Assembly: GCA_035444565.1 (NCBI GenBank)
Contig: DAOMOX010000001.1
Span: 386,335-450,334, forward strand
Reading direction: 5' to 3'
From: Candidatus Dojkabacteria bacterium
GTDB taxonomy: Bacteria > Patescibacteriota > Dojkabacteria > B142 > OLB20
Length of the DNA: 64,000 nt
The notes below the pieces were generated by a model. The model worked only from the letters and a program-made list of their open reading frames with translations. It was not told where the DNA came from and searched no databases. Below are positions 36,144 through 46,240 of this stretch, piece by piece. The first letter of the stretch is position 1. Each line of letters opens with the position of its first letter. Made by a program: the position numbers and the translations under genes.

Positions 36144-38630
36144 ATGTTTGTATCCACGCCTACCTATTCGAAAAATTACATATTAAATATCTCTCAAGTA
36201 AGTGAGTATGAATTACCCTACGCGGGTGAAAAAGCACTAAATCTCTCTAACCTAAGTAGAATCGGTGCACCAATCCCTACGGGTTTTGTTATTGCAAGTA
36301 AAACTTTCGATGATTTACTTTTTGCAAATAACCTAATAACAAAAATTAATGAGGTAAATAAACATATCTATCAACATACCTTGACCACCAAGAGAGCAGA
36401 ACCAATGATTAAAAGGATGATGATGGGAGCGAAATTTCCAAGACTGATGCAGGAGAGCCTATTACGTGCTTACAACCTATTAACCAATGGCAGTAGGATA
36501 CCAATTAGAATGGAGGTCTCTTCTATTAATCCTGAATTGAAGGAGTCCATAAAAGATAATCCTGAAAATATCATATTGTCGGATAGTTTTGAAGAATTTT
36601 TGGAGAAATTGAAGATTACATGGATGGAGCTATTTACTCAGGAATCTTTGGATTTTAGATTAAACTCAAAATACAAAGGAGTTCTTTCGATGGCAGTTTT
36701 AGTTACAAAATTTATACAACCTGAGATTTCAGGACGTTCGTATACTATGTCTATTGATAATGCTAATCCAGACTTTGTGGAGAGTAGGGTGGTCTATGGG
36801 CTATCTCCGGAAGCATTTTTCAATCACAAATTCCCTGATAGGTATTTAGTTGATAGAAAATCCGAACAAATAGTATTAAGAAATCTAATGAAACAAGATT
36901 GGTTGTATGTTAGAAAAAGTGGGAAGATCGTAAAAGTACAAATAGAATCCGAAAGACAAAATAAACCAAAACTTGGGGATGTAGAGATATTGAAGCTTGC
37001 CAGAACTGTAGATAAGCTCAAAGAGAGCTTTAAAAATGAATTAAAAATTGATTGGATGTACAATTCGGGGAAAGTTGTCTTTACCGATATGTCACGTCTT
37101 AGAGAAGCTGATATAGTCGAGGCTAGAAAACTTTTAACAGGTAAGAATTCCGCTGAAACTGTAAAACAATCGATTCCGATGTCTCTCGAAAGATTTGATT
37201 TACATCCAATTGATCAGCTTACTAAGCTAACGCAAGGCGAGGGAAACGATAGAGGATTGGTTTATGGGAGGGTAAAACTAATCAGAAATAGCGAAGATCT
37301 TGAAAATGCGAAAGCAGTAAATATTCTGGTGATGAACAAATTTCCAAAGAGATTTGACTTGAGCAATATTCAATACAGAGGTCTGGTTTTCCAGGATAAA
37401 ATAAAACATGATGTCTCGCATATTCCAACGTTGTTTGCTGCAAAAGATGTCACCGAATTAGTTCTGGACAATGAAGTTGTGACAATAGACACGGACTCTG
37501 GAATCATGTATTTAGGTGCAGGCTTTCGTCCAGTAGTGAAAAAGGAAAGTACGATTATTAAAGATTCGATTAGACCAAATACCGTTAATACAAAACAGAT
37601 AAATGTTACCATGCAAAGCCCAGTAACTCATGGATTGTTCAAAACTAACCTACTTGGTAATACGACTGCAGAGTCTTGGCTTCCAGAAGAAAGGCAAGTA
37701 AATCACCCCAATAATGATGTTCAAAATCCAATTCAACAACCAAATATTGCAAATATTAACATGACGGAGGAGTGGTTCCTCAAGCCTCCAGTATTTGTCG
37801 ACGAGGATATTGCCGAGTCGGGCTGCGAATATCTTCAGATTGTGAATGTTGAAAATCCGAAAATTTTAACTAATGCAAATGGGGTCTATTTTAGGATGAG
37901 TTCTATATTGAAATCTCTAGACATAGATAAGTATGAGCTTGTCAGAAATCCACATATGAAAAGAAAATTTATCGATTTTCTAGAGGGATACTTCACTCAA
38001 TATTCAAATAATGAAAAGGTAGTTATCTTGTTAGATGTAGTAGAGAATTCAAAACAACTTCTTGCGGAGACTGAGGTGCTTGAATTTCAATTGGAATTGA
38101 TAAAAAGACTTAAATATAAAACAGAGTTAAAGAATGTTTCAATAAATTTCCCAGATGTGCGCTTAAGTGACGAATTGACAGTATTGAAAAAGAACGCAAT
38201 ATCCTCGGGTATTCGCAGGTCATCCACGTTTAAGATGTTTGTTGAAATAGCTTCTCCATTGGCAGGAATCTCTGTAAACAAGATTGCAGATGAAGGTGTA
38301 GACTCCATAGTAATAGATTTAGAAAAATTAAATACAAATTTGGGCTGTGAAAATTCACGAAAACTATCAGAGGAGGTTCTTGATTTTGTAGTAGAGATTA
38401 TTAAGAAAGTTAAGAAGACAACTGTTCCTACTTATATTTCTGCGGACAACATTTCTCTGACTGACGATGATATTGAGACATTTATCGATTCAGGAGTAGT
38501 AAACTTCATTTTCCCGGAAGCTAAAATCACTCAATTGAGTCCAATACTCGAGAATATTGAAATAAAATCCTTAAAATCTAATAAGATCAAGAGGGGCAGG
38601 AAGAAGAAAGACATTAATTATGGTTTTTGA
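36144..38630 (+). CDS. large protein with PEP synthase/pyruvate phosphate dikinase-type N-terminal ATP-grasp domain (PPDK_N)
   Basis: 'YAGEKALNLSNLSRIGAPIPTGFVIASKTFDDLL' matches the PPDK_N nucleotide-binding domain start 'GGKxxNLxEL...G.PVPxGF'. The remaining ~500 aa have no recognised motif and a basic C-terminus. Confidence 0.6.
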   Translation: MFVSTPTYSKNYILNISQVSEYELPYAGEKALNLSNLSRIGAPIPTGFVIASKTFDDLLFANNLITKINEVNKHIYQHTLTTKRAEPMIKRMMMGAKFPRLMQESLLRAYNLLTNGSRIPIRMEVSSINPELKESIKDNPENIILSDSFEEFLEKLKITWMELFTQESLDFRLNSKYKGVLSMAVLVTKFIQPEISGRSYTMSIDNANPDFVESRVVYGLSPEAFFNHKFPDRYLVDRKSEQIVLRNLMKQDWLYVRKSGKIVKVQIESERQNKPKLGDVEILKLARTVDKLKESFKNELKIDWMYNSGKVVFTDMSRLREADIVEARKLLTGKNSAETVKQSIPMSLERFDLHPIDQLTKLTQGEGNDRGLVYGRVKLIRNSEDLENAKAVNILVMNKFPKRFDLSNIQYRGLVFQDKIKHDVSHIPTLFAAKDVTELVLDNEVVTIDTDSGIMYLGAGFRPVVKKESTIIKDSIRPNTVNTKQINVTMQSPVTHGLFKTNLLGNTTAESWLPEERQVNHPNNDVQNPIQQPNIANINMTEEWFLKPPVFVDEDIAESGCEYLQIVNVENPKILTNANGVYFRMSSILKSLDIDKYELVRNPHMKRKFIDFLEGYFTQYSNNEKVVILLDVVENSKQLLAETEVLEFQLELIKRLKYKTELKNVSINFPDVRLSDELTVLKKNAISSGIRRSSTFKMFVEIASPLAGISVNKIADEGVDSIVIDLEKLNTNLGCENSRKLSEEVLDFVVEIIKKVKKTTVPTYISADNISLTDDDIETFIDSGVVNFIFPEAKITQLSPILENIEIKSLKSNKIKRGRKKKDINYGF

Positions 38631-38635
38631 GGTAG

Positions 38636-39499
38636 TTAAATTGGGGCTTGGATGTTATTGTTCTCACCAAATCCAAAGAAATATCCTTTCTCAAGCGAGA
38701 CCTTTTCGATATCGATAGTATAGTCAACAACTTCAAGTCGATTATTAACTGTTATCGTGGCTTTCTTTGTAACTTGTTGGCTAAGTTCATTAATGGTTTT
38801 ACTACTGGTTACAATCTGTTTGTAGTCAGTACCTCTAGTCGATTCTTGAATAGATTTCTCTTGTTGAGATTTTACTTCATCTACCACCCTAATCAGTTTT
38901 GATTGGCCAAATCTTGGTTTACTATCTAGGTTCCAGTTTCCAGAAGAATTCAAAACATAAAGGTTGTCGGCAATATGGATTGTGGTAGCAGGAGGTTTAG
39001 AAATGAATGAGCTTTCACAAATTTCGGCATAATAACTATTATATTCCTTGTCAGGGTTATCGCTTTCTAGATAATTTCCATAGCAATTACGGTCTTTGTA
39101 AGAAGTAAAAACTGAATTAGATTTAAAATTGTTCTTTTCAAGAGCTACAGTTCTTGCAGTATCTATCATTTCGTCTACATCGCAATTTCGGAAACAGTCT
39201 AATCTTGCATTATCTGTTTCTTCTGGAGACTGAGTTGGTTTCAGTGATGGCTTAATGGTCGCTACTGGAGAAGTATTTGCGCTCCTAGTTGGTAATACAA
39301 GAGGAGTTGTAGGCTTGTCGTTTCCGGCTGATGCTAGAGCAACAATGAGTAGTAAAACATTTAACACGATGCTTATTACAAGCATTATCGCTAAATTTCG
39401 TGGCTTCAGGATAGTAGTTTTTAAGCTGGGCAATTCTGTTCCAGAATGATTTTCGTCAGTAGCAATATTGTTTAGTTCAATTTTTGAGGAAATTGACAT
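38636..39499 (-). CDS. hypothetical N-terminally anchored extracellular protein
   Basis: TM 'LAIMLVISIVLNVLLLIVALASAG' followed by a P/T/S-rich linker and a Cys-containing globular region. Immediately downstream of paralog C. Confidence 0.5.
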   Translation of the reverse strand: MSISSKIELNNIATDENHSGTELPSLKTTILKPRNLAIMLVISIVLNVLLLIVALASAGNDKPTTPLVLPTRSANTSPVATIKPSLKPTQSPEETDNARLDCFRNCDVDEMIDTARTVALEKNNFKSNSVFTSYKDRNCYGNYLESDNPDKEYNSYYAEICESSFISKPPATTIHIADNLYVLNSSGNWNLDSKPRFGQSKLIRVVDEVKSQQEKSIQESTRGTDYKQIVTSSKTINELSQQVTKKATITVNNRLEVVDYTIDIEKVSLEKGYFFGFGENNNIQAPI

Positions 39500-39515
39500 T
39501 TTTCTAATACTGGAT

Positions 39516-40154
39516 TTATAAAAGTTCTCGTCTTTTATCTAGTAAGAAAATTTTAATTGCAACAGCTAAGCTCACTATTCCGGAGATAAGAATGGCACCA
39601 CCTAGTATGCCTCTGCTTGGCATATAATCTGATAGTGCTGTATTTGGAAGAACTGTAACATTACTACTTGTTCCGAAAACATATGATCCTAATACGCCAC
39701 TCTTGGGTTCTGTGAGGACACTTCCGGTTACATAACCATTTTCTTCACCACCTTCTATTGTGAATGTACCACCTGATGAGCTCAGGCTTGCAACAGTGAT
39801 TGAGCCTAGTGCTGTTCCGTTTGTGATGGGGCTGCTTGTACTTGCAAGGTCTACACATACTTCGTATTTAGTAGTGCTTATAGATCTTGAGGTAGATCCG
39901 TTTGAGTCACAGACTCCTATTGACAGTAGATTCCCACCTGATCCGCTAAAACTAACTACTTTTGCATTATTAACGATAAGTCGAATTTGTATAGTAGTTG
40001 TTGGCGTGTTTGAGTTTGAAGTGATATTTATTGTTTTGTTCCCTGAGACTGGAAATGTTCCGCTACCAGGGGACAGAGTCAATGCTGACAAACTTACAGG
40101 GTTCAGAACCAAAGCTGAAAGTGTCAATATTATGGTGATTAATAATTTTTTCAT
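39516..40154 (-). CDS. secreted protein with C-terminal membrane anchor, paralog family member C
   Basis: Signal 'MKKLLITIILTLSALVLNPVSLSA'. 'VVSFSGSGGNLLSIGVCDSNG...YEVCVDLA' aligns with members A and B. C-terminal TM 'ILGGAILISGIVSLAVAIKIFLL' followed by 'DKRRELL'. Confidence 0.6.
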   Translation of the reverse strand: MKKLLITIILTLSALVLNPVSLSALTLSPGSGTFPVSGNKTINITSNSNTPTTTIQIRLIVNNAKVVSFSGSGGNLLSIGVCDSNGSTSRSISTTKYEVCVDLASTSSPITNGTALGSITVASLSSSGGTFTIEGGEENGYVTGSVLTEPKSGVLGSYVFGTSSNVTVLPNTALSDYMPSRGILGGAILISGIVSLAVAIKIFLLDKRRELL

Positions 40155-40218
40155 GGCAGAAATTTTATGGATAATATATATAGAATAAGTAATTCCTGAA
40201 AATTTGTAAAGGAATACT

Positions 40219-40437
40219 TTAAGAAAAAAAGGGGATTGAGTTGAGTATATTTATTAGTAATGTTGAAATCCTAGATATTATCAAAACAAACTCGTATTGC
40301 ACAATAAATATTGTGATTAAAGTTACATAAACTAGTAGTAGAACAGTCGTGAAAATAAATTTAAAAACTGAACTTATCAATCCAAAAATTGAGACAGAGT
40401 TCAGTAAGATTTTAATATTTTCTAATAGGTTATGCAT
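40219..40437 (-). CDS. possible small 2-TM membrane protein
   Basis: 72-aa hydrophobic ORF in an AT-rich intergenic region. Could be spurious. Confidence 0.25.
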   Translation of the reverse strand: MHNLLENIKILLNSVSIFGLISSVFKFIFTTVLLLVYVTLITIFIVQYEFVLIISRISTLLINILNSIPFFS

Positions 40438-40526
40438 ATTGTCTCTATTATGAATAATATTTCTAAGCTTATCAAGTAAGATTGTCCAGTGTATAATAAA
40501 AAATACCTAAAATCTCATAAATTGAT

Positions 40527-41174
40527 ATGCCTTTTATAAAACATCAAATCTTTGGAAAATTGATCTTCACCAAAACGTTCTGGTTGCTAACGTTCTCGGA
40601 CTTATTTACCTGGGGATTTTATTTGATTATTGCAACATTGTCAGGAATATATCTAGAACACAAGCTGGGTGAGGATGTAATCAAAATTGTCGGAATTGGT
40701 GGTGCGATTTACTATGTGATTAGAGGAGTACTACAAATACCTATAAGTAAGGTTCTTGATCGAATCAAAAATGATAAAGATGAGATTTTTGTTCTAACCT
40801 TTGGCTGTGTTTTGATGGGCTTACCATTCCTCTTCTATCCCACATTAACTTCTGCCAATCAATACTATGTCCTTCAAATAATATTTAGTCTTGGAGTTGC
40901 TATGAACTTGAATCCCTGGAGGAAATTGTTTGCTACCAATCTCGAAGCAGGTAGAGAAGCGAGAGAGTATGCTGTATATGACATGGTGAACAGTTTGTTT
41001 ATTGCACTGTCCATATTCTTCGTAGGTCAAATTGCAAATATCAATCAATTTTATTTTGATGTAGTAATGGTAAGTCTGGGACTGCTTGTGATGACTGGTG
41101 GACTTTGGGCTGCACTAATTACTACAGATACAACAAGAAAAAGTGCAAATGATCACGAAAAAAAGAAACCCTAA
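40527..41174 (+). CDS. hypothetical polytopic membrane protein
   Basis: 215 aa with about 6 hydrophobic segments. No motif recognised. Confidence 0.5.
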   Translation: MPFIKHQIFGKLIFTKTFWLLTFSDLFTWGFYLIIATLSGIYLEHKLGEDVIKIVGIGGAIYYVIRGVLQIPISKVLDRIKNDKDEIFVLTFGCVLMGLPFLFYPTLTSANQYYVLQIIFSLGVAMNLNPWRKLFATNLEAGREAREYAVYDMVNSLFIALSIFFVGQIANINQFYFDVVMVSLGLLVMTGGLWAALITTDTTRKSANDHEKKKP

Positions 41175-42166
41175 CCCCCATAAACATTAATGATTATTCC
41201 TGCTGGGATCTGTCTGTATGCAGCTTGTGGATGTTGACCTACACCATCAGCCATTTGAACTAAGTTATTTCCAACTCTATAAATCCCTCGCACAAAATGT
41301 GATTTGTACTCGTCCGATAACGCATAGGGGACTAATAAACCATGTTTAGTATGCCCTCCGTGCGTATGCCCACATAAAAACCTAACATTATTAACAAATT
41401 CGCCAAGTCTAGCAATATCTACAATACTCGCATTATGAGTTGCAACAATTTGTGGTCCATCGTATAAACATAGGGCTGTAGCGATTTCCTGTATTTGTGT
41501 TGGTGAATAATAATCACTGAATTGGGTAAAATCCGGCAAACCAAGAATGGGGATTGGGAAATCTCCATTGTAAAATTCACTATTTATATCTAAAAGTTGA
41601 ATTCCTGAATGCGTTAAATATTTCATTAATTCTATTCTTTGCGCATGCTTATGATCATGGTTCCCAAGAACGCCGACACGATGTTTTGCTTTCAAATCTT
41701 GCAGGATTTCTAACATAAGTGGGACATCTTTTATATCCGTTTCTCCATTGTTGGGTGCTTGAATGTGGAATCTGGGTTTCTCTTCTTTTGACAACCAATC
41801 ACCCGTCATAATAAAAGCAGTTGTATCTGGGGTTGCTCCTAATTGGTGTGTGGTCTGATTAATTTTTCCAATAATAGTATCTAATACCTGAGCATTTACA
41901 TATGCTTCTGCTCCTCCAAAATGAAGGTCAGTTAAATGAATCACAAAGGCACGCTGAGTCATACCTGGAACTTTATGGTATATTACGTCAATAATTGGAT
42001 TAGAGGGGTCGTACTCAGAAAATCCTTTAATTTCTCTACCAACAAAAAAAGTGGCGAATCCTGCAAGTGATAATCCAAAGACTTTTATTGCCTCTCGTCG
42101 AGATATTCCTATTTTTTTATCTTCCTTATCCACAATTGATTTATTGATTATACGAACGAGGGACAA
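41171..42166 (-). CDS. calcineurin-like metallophosphoesterase with Tat-type signal peptide
   Basis: 'ISRREAIKVFGLSLAGFATFFVG' has a twin-Arg motif. MPE motifs 'VIHLTDLHFG', 'GDWL', 'GNHDH' and 'GHTHGGH'. Confidence 0.8.
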   Translation of the reverse strand: MSLVRIINKSIVDKEDKKIGISRREAIKVFGLSLAGFATFFVGREIKGFSEYDPSNPIIDVIYHKVPGMTQRAFVIHLTDLHFGGAEAYVNAQVLDTIIGKINQTTHQLGATPDTTAFIMTGDWLSKEEKPRFHIQAPNNGETDIKDVPLMLEILQDLKAKHRVGVLGNHDHKHAQRIELMKYLTHSGIQLLDINSEFYNGDFPIPILGLPDFTQFSDYYSPTQIQEIATALCLYDGPQIVATHNASIVDIARLGEFVNNVRFLCGHTHGGHTKHGLLVPYALSDEYKSHFVRGIYRVGNNLVQMADGVGQHPQAAYRQIPAGIIINVYGG

Positions 42167-43106
42167 ATCCTATTGAATATATATCAGGCCTGACTCTCCT
42201 CGGTGGATGAAGTGGATGAGCACCTAAGCCGGATGAGTTAATAACTGTTTTGTTTCCTCTGAGACTTAAAGACGATTTTACAAATTCGACATTCTTAATT
42301 TTCGCGCCAAACAATGCGATTCGACCTAATTTATTAGCGATCCAGTTGTAGTCCATATCATAACCTGATAAGTGAGAATGTCCTGTTAATATTAATGACT
42401 GAATATCAGGCGGAATCATTTGTGAAAGATGAACAATCGAGTCAGGATGATGGGCAACAAAAACAAGTTGCTTAGCGTCCTGAGGAATCAAACTTCTCAT
42501 GAATGGTAATGATAACTTGTGCCAGGTTTGATATTGGGGCTGAGTGTAGTCTGGGATTCCTATTATTGGTATCTCCCCAATATATGATGTTTCAAACGGT
42601 GTCAGAAATTTCACACCTAGATCCTGTAGTCTTGGTTTATATTGTGAATTCCAATAAGGATGTTCGAGGTCGTGATTCCCTTCTACGGATATGATTGGAA
42701 TACCTAGATTCGATATTCTACTAAGTAATTCTAATAATTTTGGAAATATTGGGACTGAACTTCCGAAGTCCACAGGTGTAAATATTTTATTTATATAATC
42801 ACCACCTATAAGAAGCCCGGAGTTCTGAACACCTGTTAATTCTTGAACAATTTTTCCAAAAATAAATTCTAGGGCTTCTGGTCCTGAATATTTACCATTC
42901 CTTATGTGGAGGTCAGACATAAATACCATTTTGTGTGGCTCCGATACGTCGGTAATTAAATCATGTCTTCTAATTTCTAGTTGTTGATAATCATATTCTG
43001 GGCTGCTTAGTACTGAGGCTAGTAGAAATAATGGTCTGAGAAACAGCTTTGCGGCATCATTTTTATCTATGAATGGGATTCCCTGTTCTTCCATTTTCAA
43101 TACCAA
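42141..43106 (-). CDS. calcineurin-like metallophosphoesterase (paralog of the downstream gene)
   Basis: 'MVFMSDLHIRNG', 'GGDYIN', 'GNHDLEH' and 'GHSHL'. Overlaps the neighbour by 26 nt. Confidence 0.8.
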   Translation of the reverse strand: MVLKMEEQGIPFIDKNDAAKLFLRPLFLLASVLSSPEYDYQQLEIRRHDLITDVSEPHKMVFMSDLHIRNGKYSGPEALEFIFGKIVQELTGVQNSGLLIGGDYINKIFTPVDFGSSVPIFPKLLELLSRISNLGIPIISVEGNHDLEHPYWNSQYKPRLQDLGVKFLTPFETSYIGEIPIIGIPDYTQPQYQTWHKLSLPFMRSLIPQDAKQLVFVAHHPDSIVHLSQMIPPDIQSLILTGHSHLSGYDMDYNWIANKLGRIALFGAKIKNVEFVKSSLSLRGNKTVINSSGLGAHPLHPPRRVRPDIYSIGFVPRSYNQ

Positions 43107-43163
43107 TATTTAGTAAGCAAATCCGACTTTATCAAAATTGACTATTGATAGTAAAGAGAAAAA

Positions 43164-43724
43164 TTAATTTAGGAAGAGGGTTTTGAGTTTAATAAATTTT
43201 TCGGGGTCACTTTTGGCTTGCATTACTTCAAACTTACACTCCACGTCCCTAAAAGTATCTTCCATAACATATGTGTTAATAAAGTCATCAAAAGAAACGT
43301 ACATGAGTTCAATTTTTTCACCAACCTCTAATTTTTGATCACTAACTTTTTTTACACCTTTGGCAATGTAGACATAAATATCCCATTGTATTTTCTCGAA
43401 GGGGGATTCTTTGTACCATAGGGTAAAGTCTTCGGCAGTATATCCTGATTCTTCAAGTAGTTCTCGTTTAATTGCCTCAAGTGGTGTCTCTCCTGGGTCA
43501 ACTCTTCCTCCTATGAGACCGACTTTGGGCTCACCCCCGGGTTGTTGTTCTCTGGAGATTATCAAATTCCCATTTTCGTCAATAGGTATGACTTCTACAG
43601 TATCAGGTCTGTCAATCATCTCGAAAGTCTTGAAACTGCCGTCAAACATCTCCTGTTCCCATTGGTAGACGTCAAAAACTTCCCCAGAAAACACTTTTTT
43701 TGCTTCTTTTGGGATTTTACCCAT
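43164..43724 (-). CDS. NUDIX hydrolase
   Basis: Nudix box 'GGRVDPGETPLEAIKRELLEESG'. Confidence 0.85.
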   Translation of the reverse strand: MGKIPKEAKKVFSGEVFDVYQWEQEMFDGSFKTFEMIDRPDTVEVIPIDENGNLIISREQQPGGEPKVGLIGGRVDPGETPLEAIKRELLEESGYTAEDFTLWYKESPFEKIQWDIYVYIAKGVKKVSDQKLEVGEKIELMYVSFDDFINTYVMEDTFRDVECKFEVMQAKSDPEKFIKLKTLFLN

Positions 43725-44710
43725 TATAAATAAGTGTAAAATTCGTTTAATATTTCATCTTCAATTTCAATCTCGTCATCAATAAGGTTTTCGTCTCTCT
43801 GTGCTAATGTATGCATACCCGGTAGACGGACTTTCTCCCCATCTTTCGTTTTTGCATTCTTGACACGATTAATAAACTCATCCATTCTGGATTTAAAGTT
43901 GTCAATAGACATAAACAATTCTGGAGATATGGCGATAAATAGGTTTCCCCAATCTTTCTCCTGATGTAAATCAATAAAACTCGAGCCAGCTAATACTCCA
44001 GCCAAAATCTCAACTATCATAGCTAAGCCCGAACCTTTGTATGAATTGTCAAAACTATGCACAGAACCTTCAAGTGCGTCGTCGGGATTTGTCGTTGGGT
44101 TACCAGATTTATCCAAGGCGATGTGTTCAGGGAGTTGTTTACCAGTGGTTGATGCTATTAAAACATCGCCATATGTAATAGCAGAAGTTGCCATATCAAA
44201 CAGTAATGGCTTGCCGTTCGTTGGGAATCCATAGCCCATAGGGTTTGTTCCAAAGAGTGCCTCCTTGCTGTTGAAAGGTGCAATGAATGGAGCCGACTGC
44301 GACATAACTATCCCAATCAAATTATTCCTAGCGATTTGTTCGAGATAGTAAGTTAAACAACCAGATGTTGAGTGAGTGCCAATTGTACTGACGAGAGCGA
44401 CTTTATTCTTTTTTGCCAATTCGATAACTTTGTTCATTGCTATGTGTCCTATCAAGATTCCCGGTTGATGATGCGCAATTATTTGTGCGGAATTCTGTGT
44501 TTTCTCTATAATCTCGTAGGGCTCATCTCCGATATTTTCTAATAAGTTTAAATCACCTTTGAAAAGTCTTACAATGCCGTGGCTTAGCTTTCCAGACATT
44601 TGGCCAAACATTACAACGTTGGTAATCATGTTAGCATCGTCGATGTTGTAACCAGCTTTAATTAAGGCCTGAAGAACTTGAGATTTTAATTCGGATACTT
44701 TTACTTTCAT
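43724..44710 (-). CDS. Ldh_2 family malate/L-lactate/sulfolactate-type NAD(P)H-dependent dehydrogenase
   Basis: N-terminus 'VKVSELKSQVLQALIKAGYNIDDANMITNVVMFGQMSGKLSHGIVRL' with the family His-Gly-x-x-Arg motif. 328 aa. Confidence 0.7.
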   Translation of the reverse strand: MKVKVSELKSQVLQALIKAGYNIDDANMITNVVMFGQMSGKLSHGIVRLFKGDLNLLENIGDEPYEIIEKTQNSAQIIAHHQPGILIGHIAMNKVIELAKKNKVALVSTIGTHSTSGCLTYYLEQIARNNLIGIVMSQSAPFIAPFNSKEALFGTNPMGYGFPTNGKPLLFDMATSAITYGDVLIASTTGKQLPEHIALDKSGNPTTNPDDALEGSVHSFDNSYKGSGLAMIVEILAGVLAGSSFIDLHQEKDWGNLFIAISPELFMSIDNFKSRMDEFINRVKNAKTKDGEKVRLPGMHTLAQRDENLIDDEIEIEDEILNEFYTYL

Positions 44711-44716
44711 AATTTT

Positions 44717-45637
44717 TTAAGTTATTAAACTAATCCAAAATATACTCACAATAAAGAATAGCATACTGTTTAGTAGTATCGAAGCGATCGTTATATCCTT
44801 GTTTGTGTCGTAATTATCAGCAATTACTAAATTGAAGAATGCAGAAGGCATGCAAGCAATCACAACAGAAGCCTGAGCCGCAATTTCAGGAAGTGGAAAT
44901 ATGTAATAGACAACGAGATATGTTGCCAAAGGTAATAGAATTAATTTATTAAATGCGACGACTAAGGGAAGTCGTATATTGCCGAGTATAGCTTTGTAAG
45001 AAAAACTCATTCCAAACGAAATGAAAATAAGCGGGCCAATTATACTCCCAAATGACTGGGTGATATCTAAGACTATTTGAGGTAATGCAACATTAGTTAG
45101 CATGAAAATAAAACCAATAAAGCTGGCTATTAAAAGTGGAGTTTTAATGAACTTCTGCAATTGCTTTTTCGCATCAAAGCTTTTCCCTGTAAGCTTACTT
45201 GTTAAAAACATACCTAAAAAATCAACAGTTGTAACGAAGGAGACGTAGATTACCCCGTATGGTATGTATTCACTGCCCAGGACGGTAGTCAGAACCGGAA
45301 ATCCAAAATAAATAGAGTTTCCAACAAATGACGGAGTGATCGTACTAGCTACATCTTTTTTGTCGAGCTTTGTTCGGTTAATCACGACATAATACGTGAC
45401 ATATAGTACGGAAATTATGAGGATATTAACCAAAATATAGGGGATTAAGTCCTTTACATCACTACGATTAAAATCCGAAAACGAACCTAAGAGGAAGATA
45501 GGTAGTGCAACATAAAAAAGGAATTTATTAACTTCTTTAGGGAATTCTTTGGGCAGGATTTTAGTCTGACCTACAATGAAACCTATTATTGCGATAATTA
45601 TTAATGGGAGAAGTGATTCAAGAACATTCATAATCAA
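44717..45637 (-). CDS. AEC-family (auxin efflux carrier-like) membrane transporter
   Basis: 'MIMNVLESLLPLIIIAIIGFIVGQTKILPKEFPKEVNKFLFYVALPIFLLGSF' is the typical AEC N-terminus. 10 TM. Confidence 0.7.
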   Translation of the reverse strand: MIMNVLESLLPLIIIAIIGFIVGQTKILPKEFPKEVNKFLFYVALPIFLLGSFSDFNRSDVKDLIPYILVNILIISVLYVTYYVVINRTKLDKKDVASTITPSFVGNSIYFGFPVLTTVLGSEYIPYGVIYVSFVTTVDFLGMFLTSKLTGKSFDAKKQLQKFIKTPLLIASFIGFIFMLTNVALPQIVLDITQSFGSIIGPLIFISFGMSFSYKAILGNIRLPLVVAFNKLILLPLATYLVVYYIFPLPEIAAQASVVIACMPSAFFNLVIADNYDTNKDITIASILLNSMLFFIVSIFWISLIT

Positions 45638-46236
45638 TTTTGTGAATTTTTAATAAAATTACTAACGTCCAGATACATCAAGACATCGTCAATATAACTC
45701 TCTTTATACAAGATTCCTCCTGGAATTCGACCAACTTCTTCGAATCCTAGTTTTTCATAGAGATGAATTGCTTGTTCGTTTTCTCCAAAAACATTTAAGC
45801 GGACGATTCTGATTCCTGGGATATTGGCAACTCCCTCTTTGATTACAGTCCTTGCCAACATAAAACCGATTCCAGCATTGCGATATTCACTCTTTACGCT
45901 TATTCCAAATTCGGCGACATGATCATCTCTATTGCCAGAAAGCATAGATCTTTTCAAGCCTGATACAGCAACGAGTTCATCATCCACAAAACATAACAAG
46001 GTTACACCGTCTTTTGATTCCATTTCTTTGAAAACTCTGGTCAGAAATTCCTTTTCTTCTTCAAGGGTTATCTCTTGATTAAAAACGGTTATATACGTAT
46101 CTTCTTTTGATAATTCGTTAATATATTCGGTGAGAGCAGTCAAATCATCCCACTTGGGATAGCGAATTAATGCCTTCTTTCCGGTTTTAGTTTTAAATTC
46201 GTGTGTTTGTTCGTCTAAGATTAATGTAGAAGTCAT
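45634..46236 (-). CDS. GNAT-family N-acetyltransferase
   Basis: Motif A 'RNAGIGFMLARTVI' and 'AIHLYEKLGFEEVGR'. Confidence 0.8.
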   Translation of the reverse strand: MTSTLILDEQTHEFKTKTGKKALIRYPKWDDLTALTEYINELSKEDTYITVFNQEITLEEEKEFLTRVFKEMESKDGVTLLCFVDDELVAVSGLKRSMLSGNRDDHVAEFGISVKSEYRNAGIGFMLARTVIKEGVANIPGIRIVRLNVFGENEQAIHLYEKLGFEEVGRIPGGILYKESYIDDVLMYLDVSNFIKNSQN

Positions 46237-46240
46237 TTTA

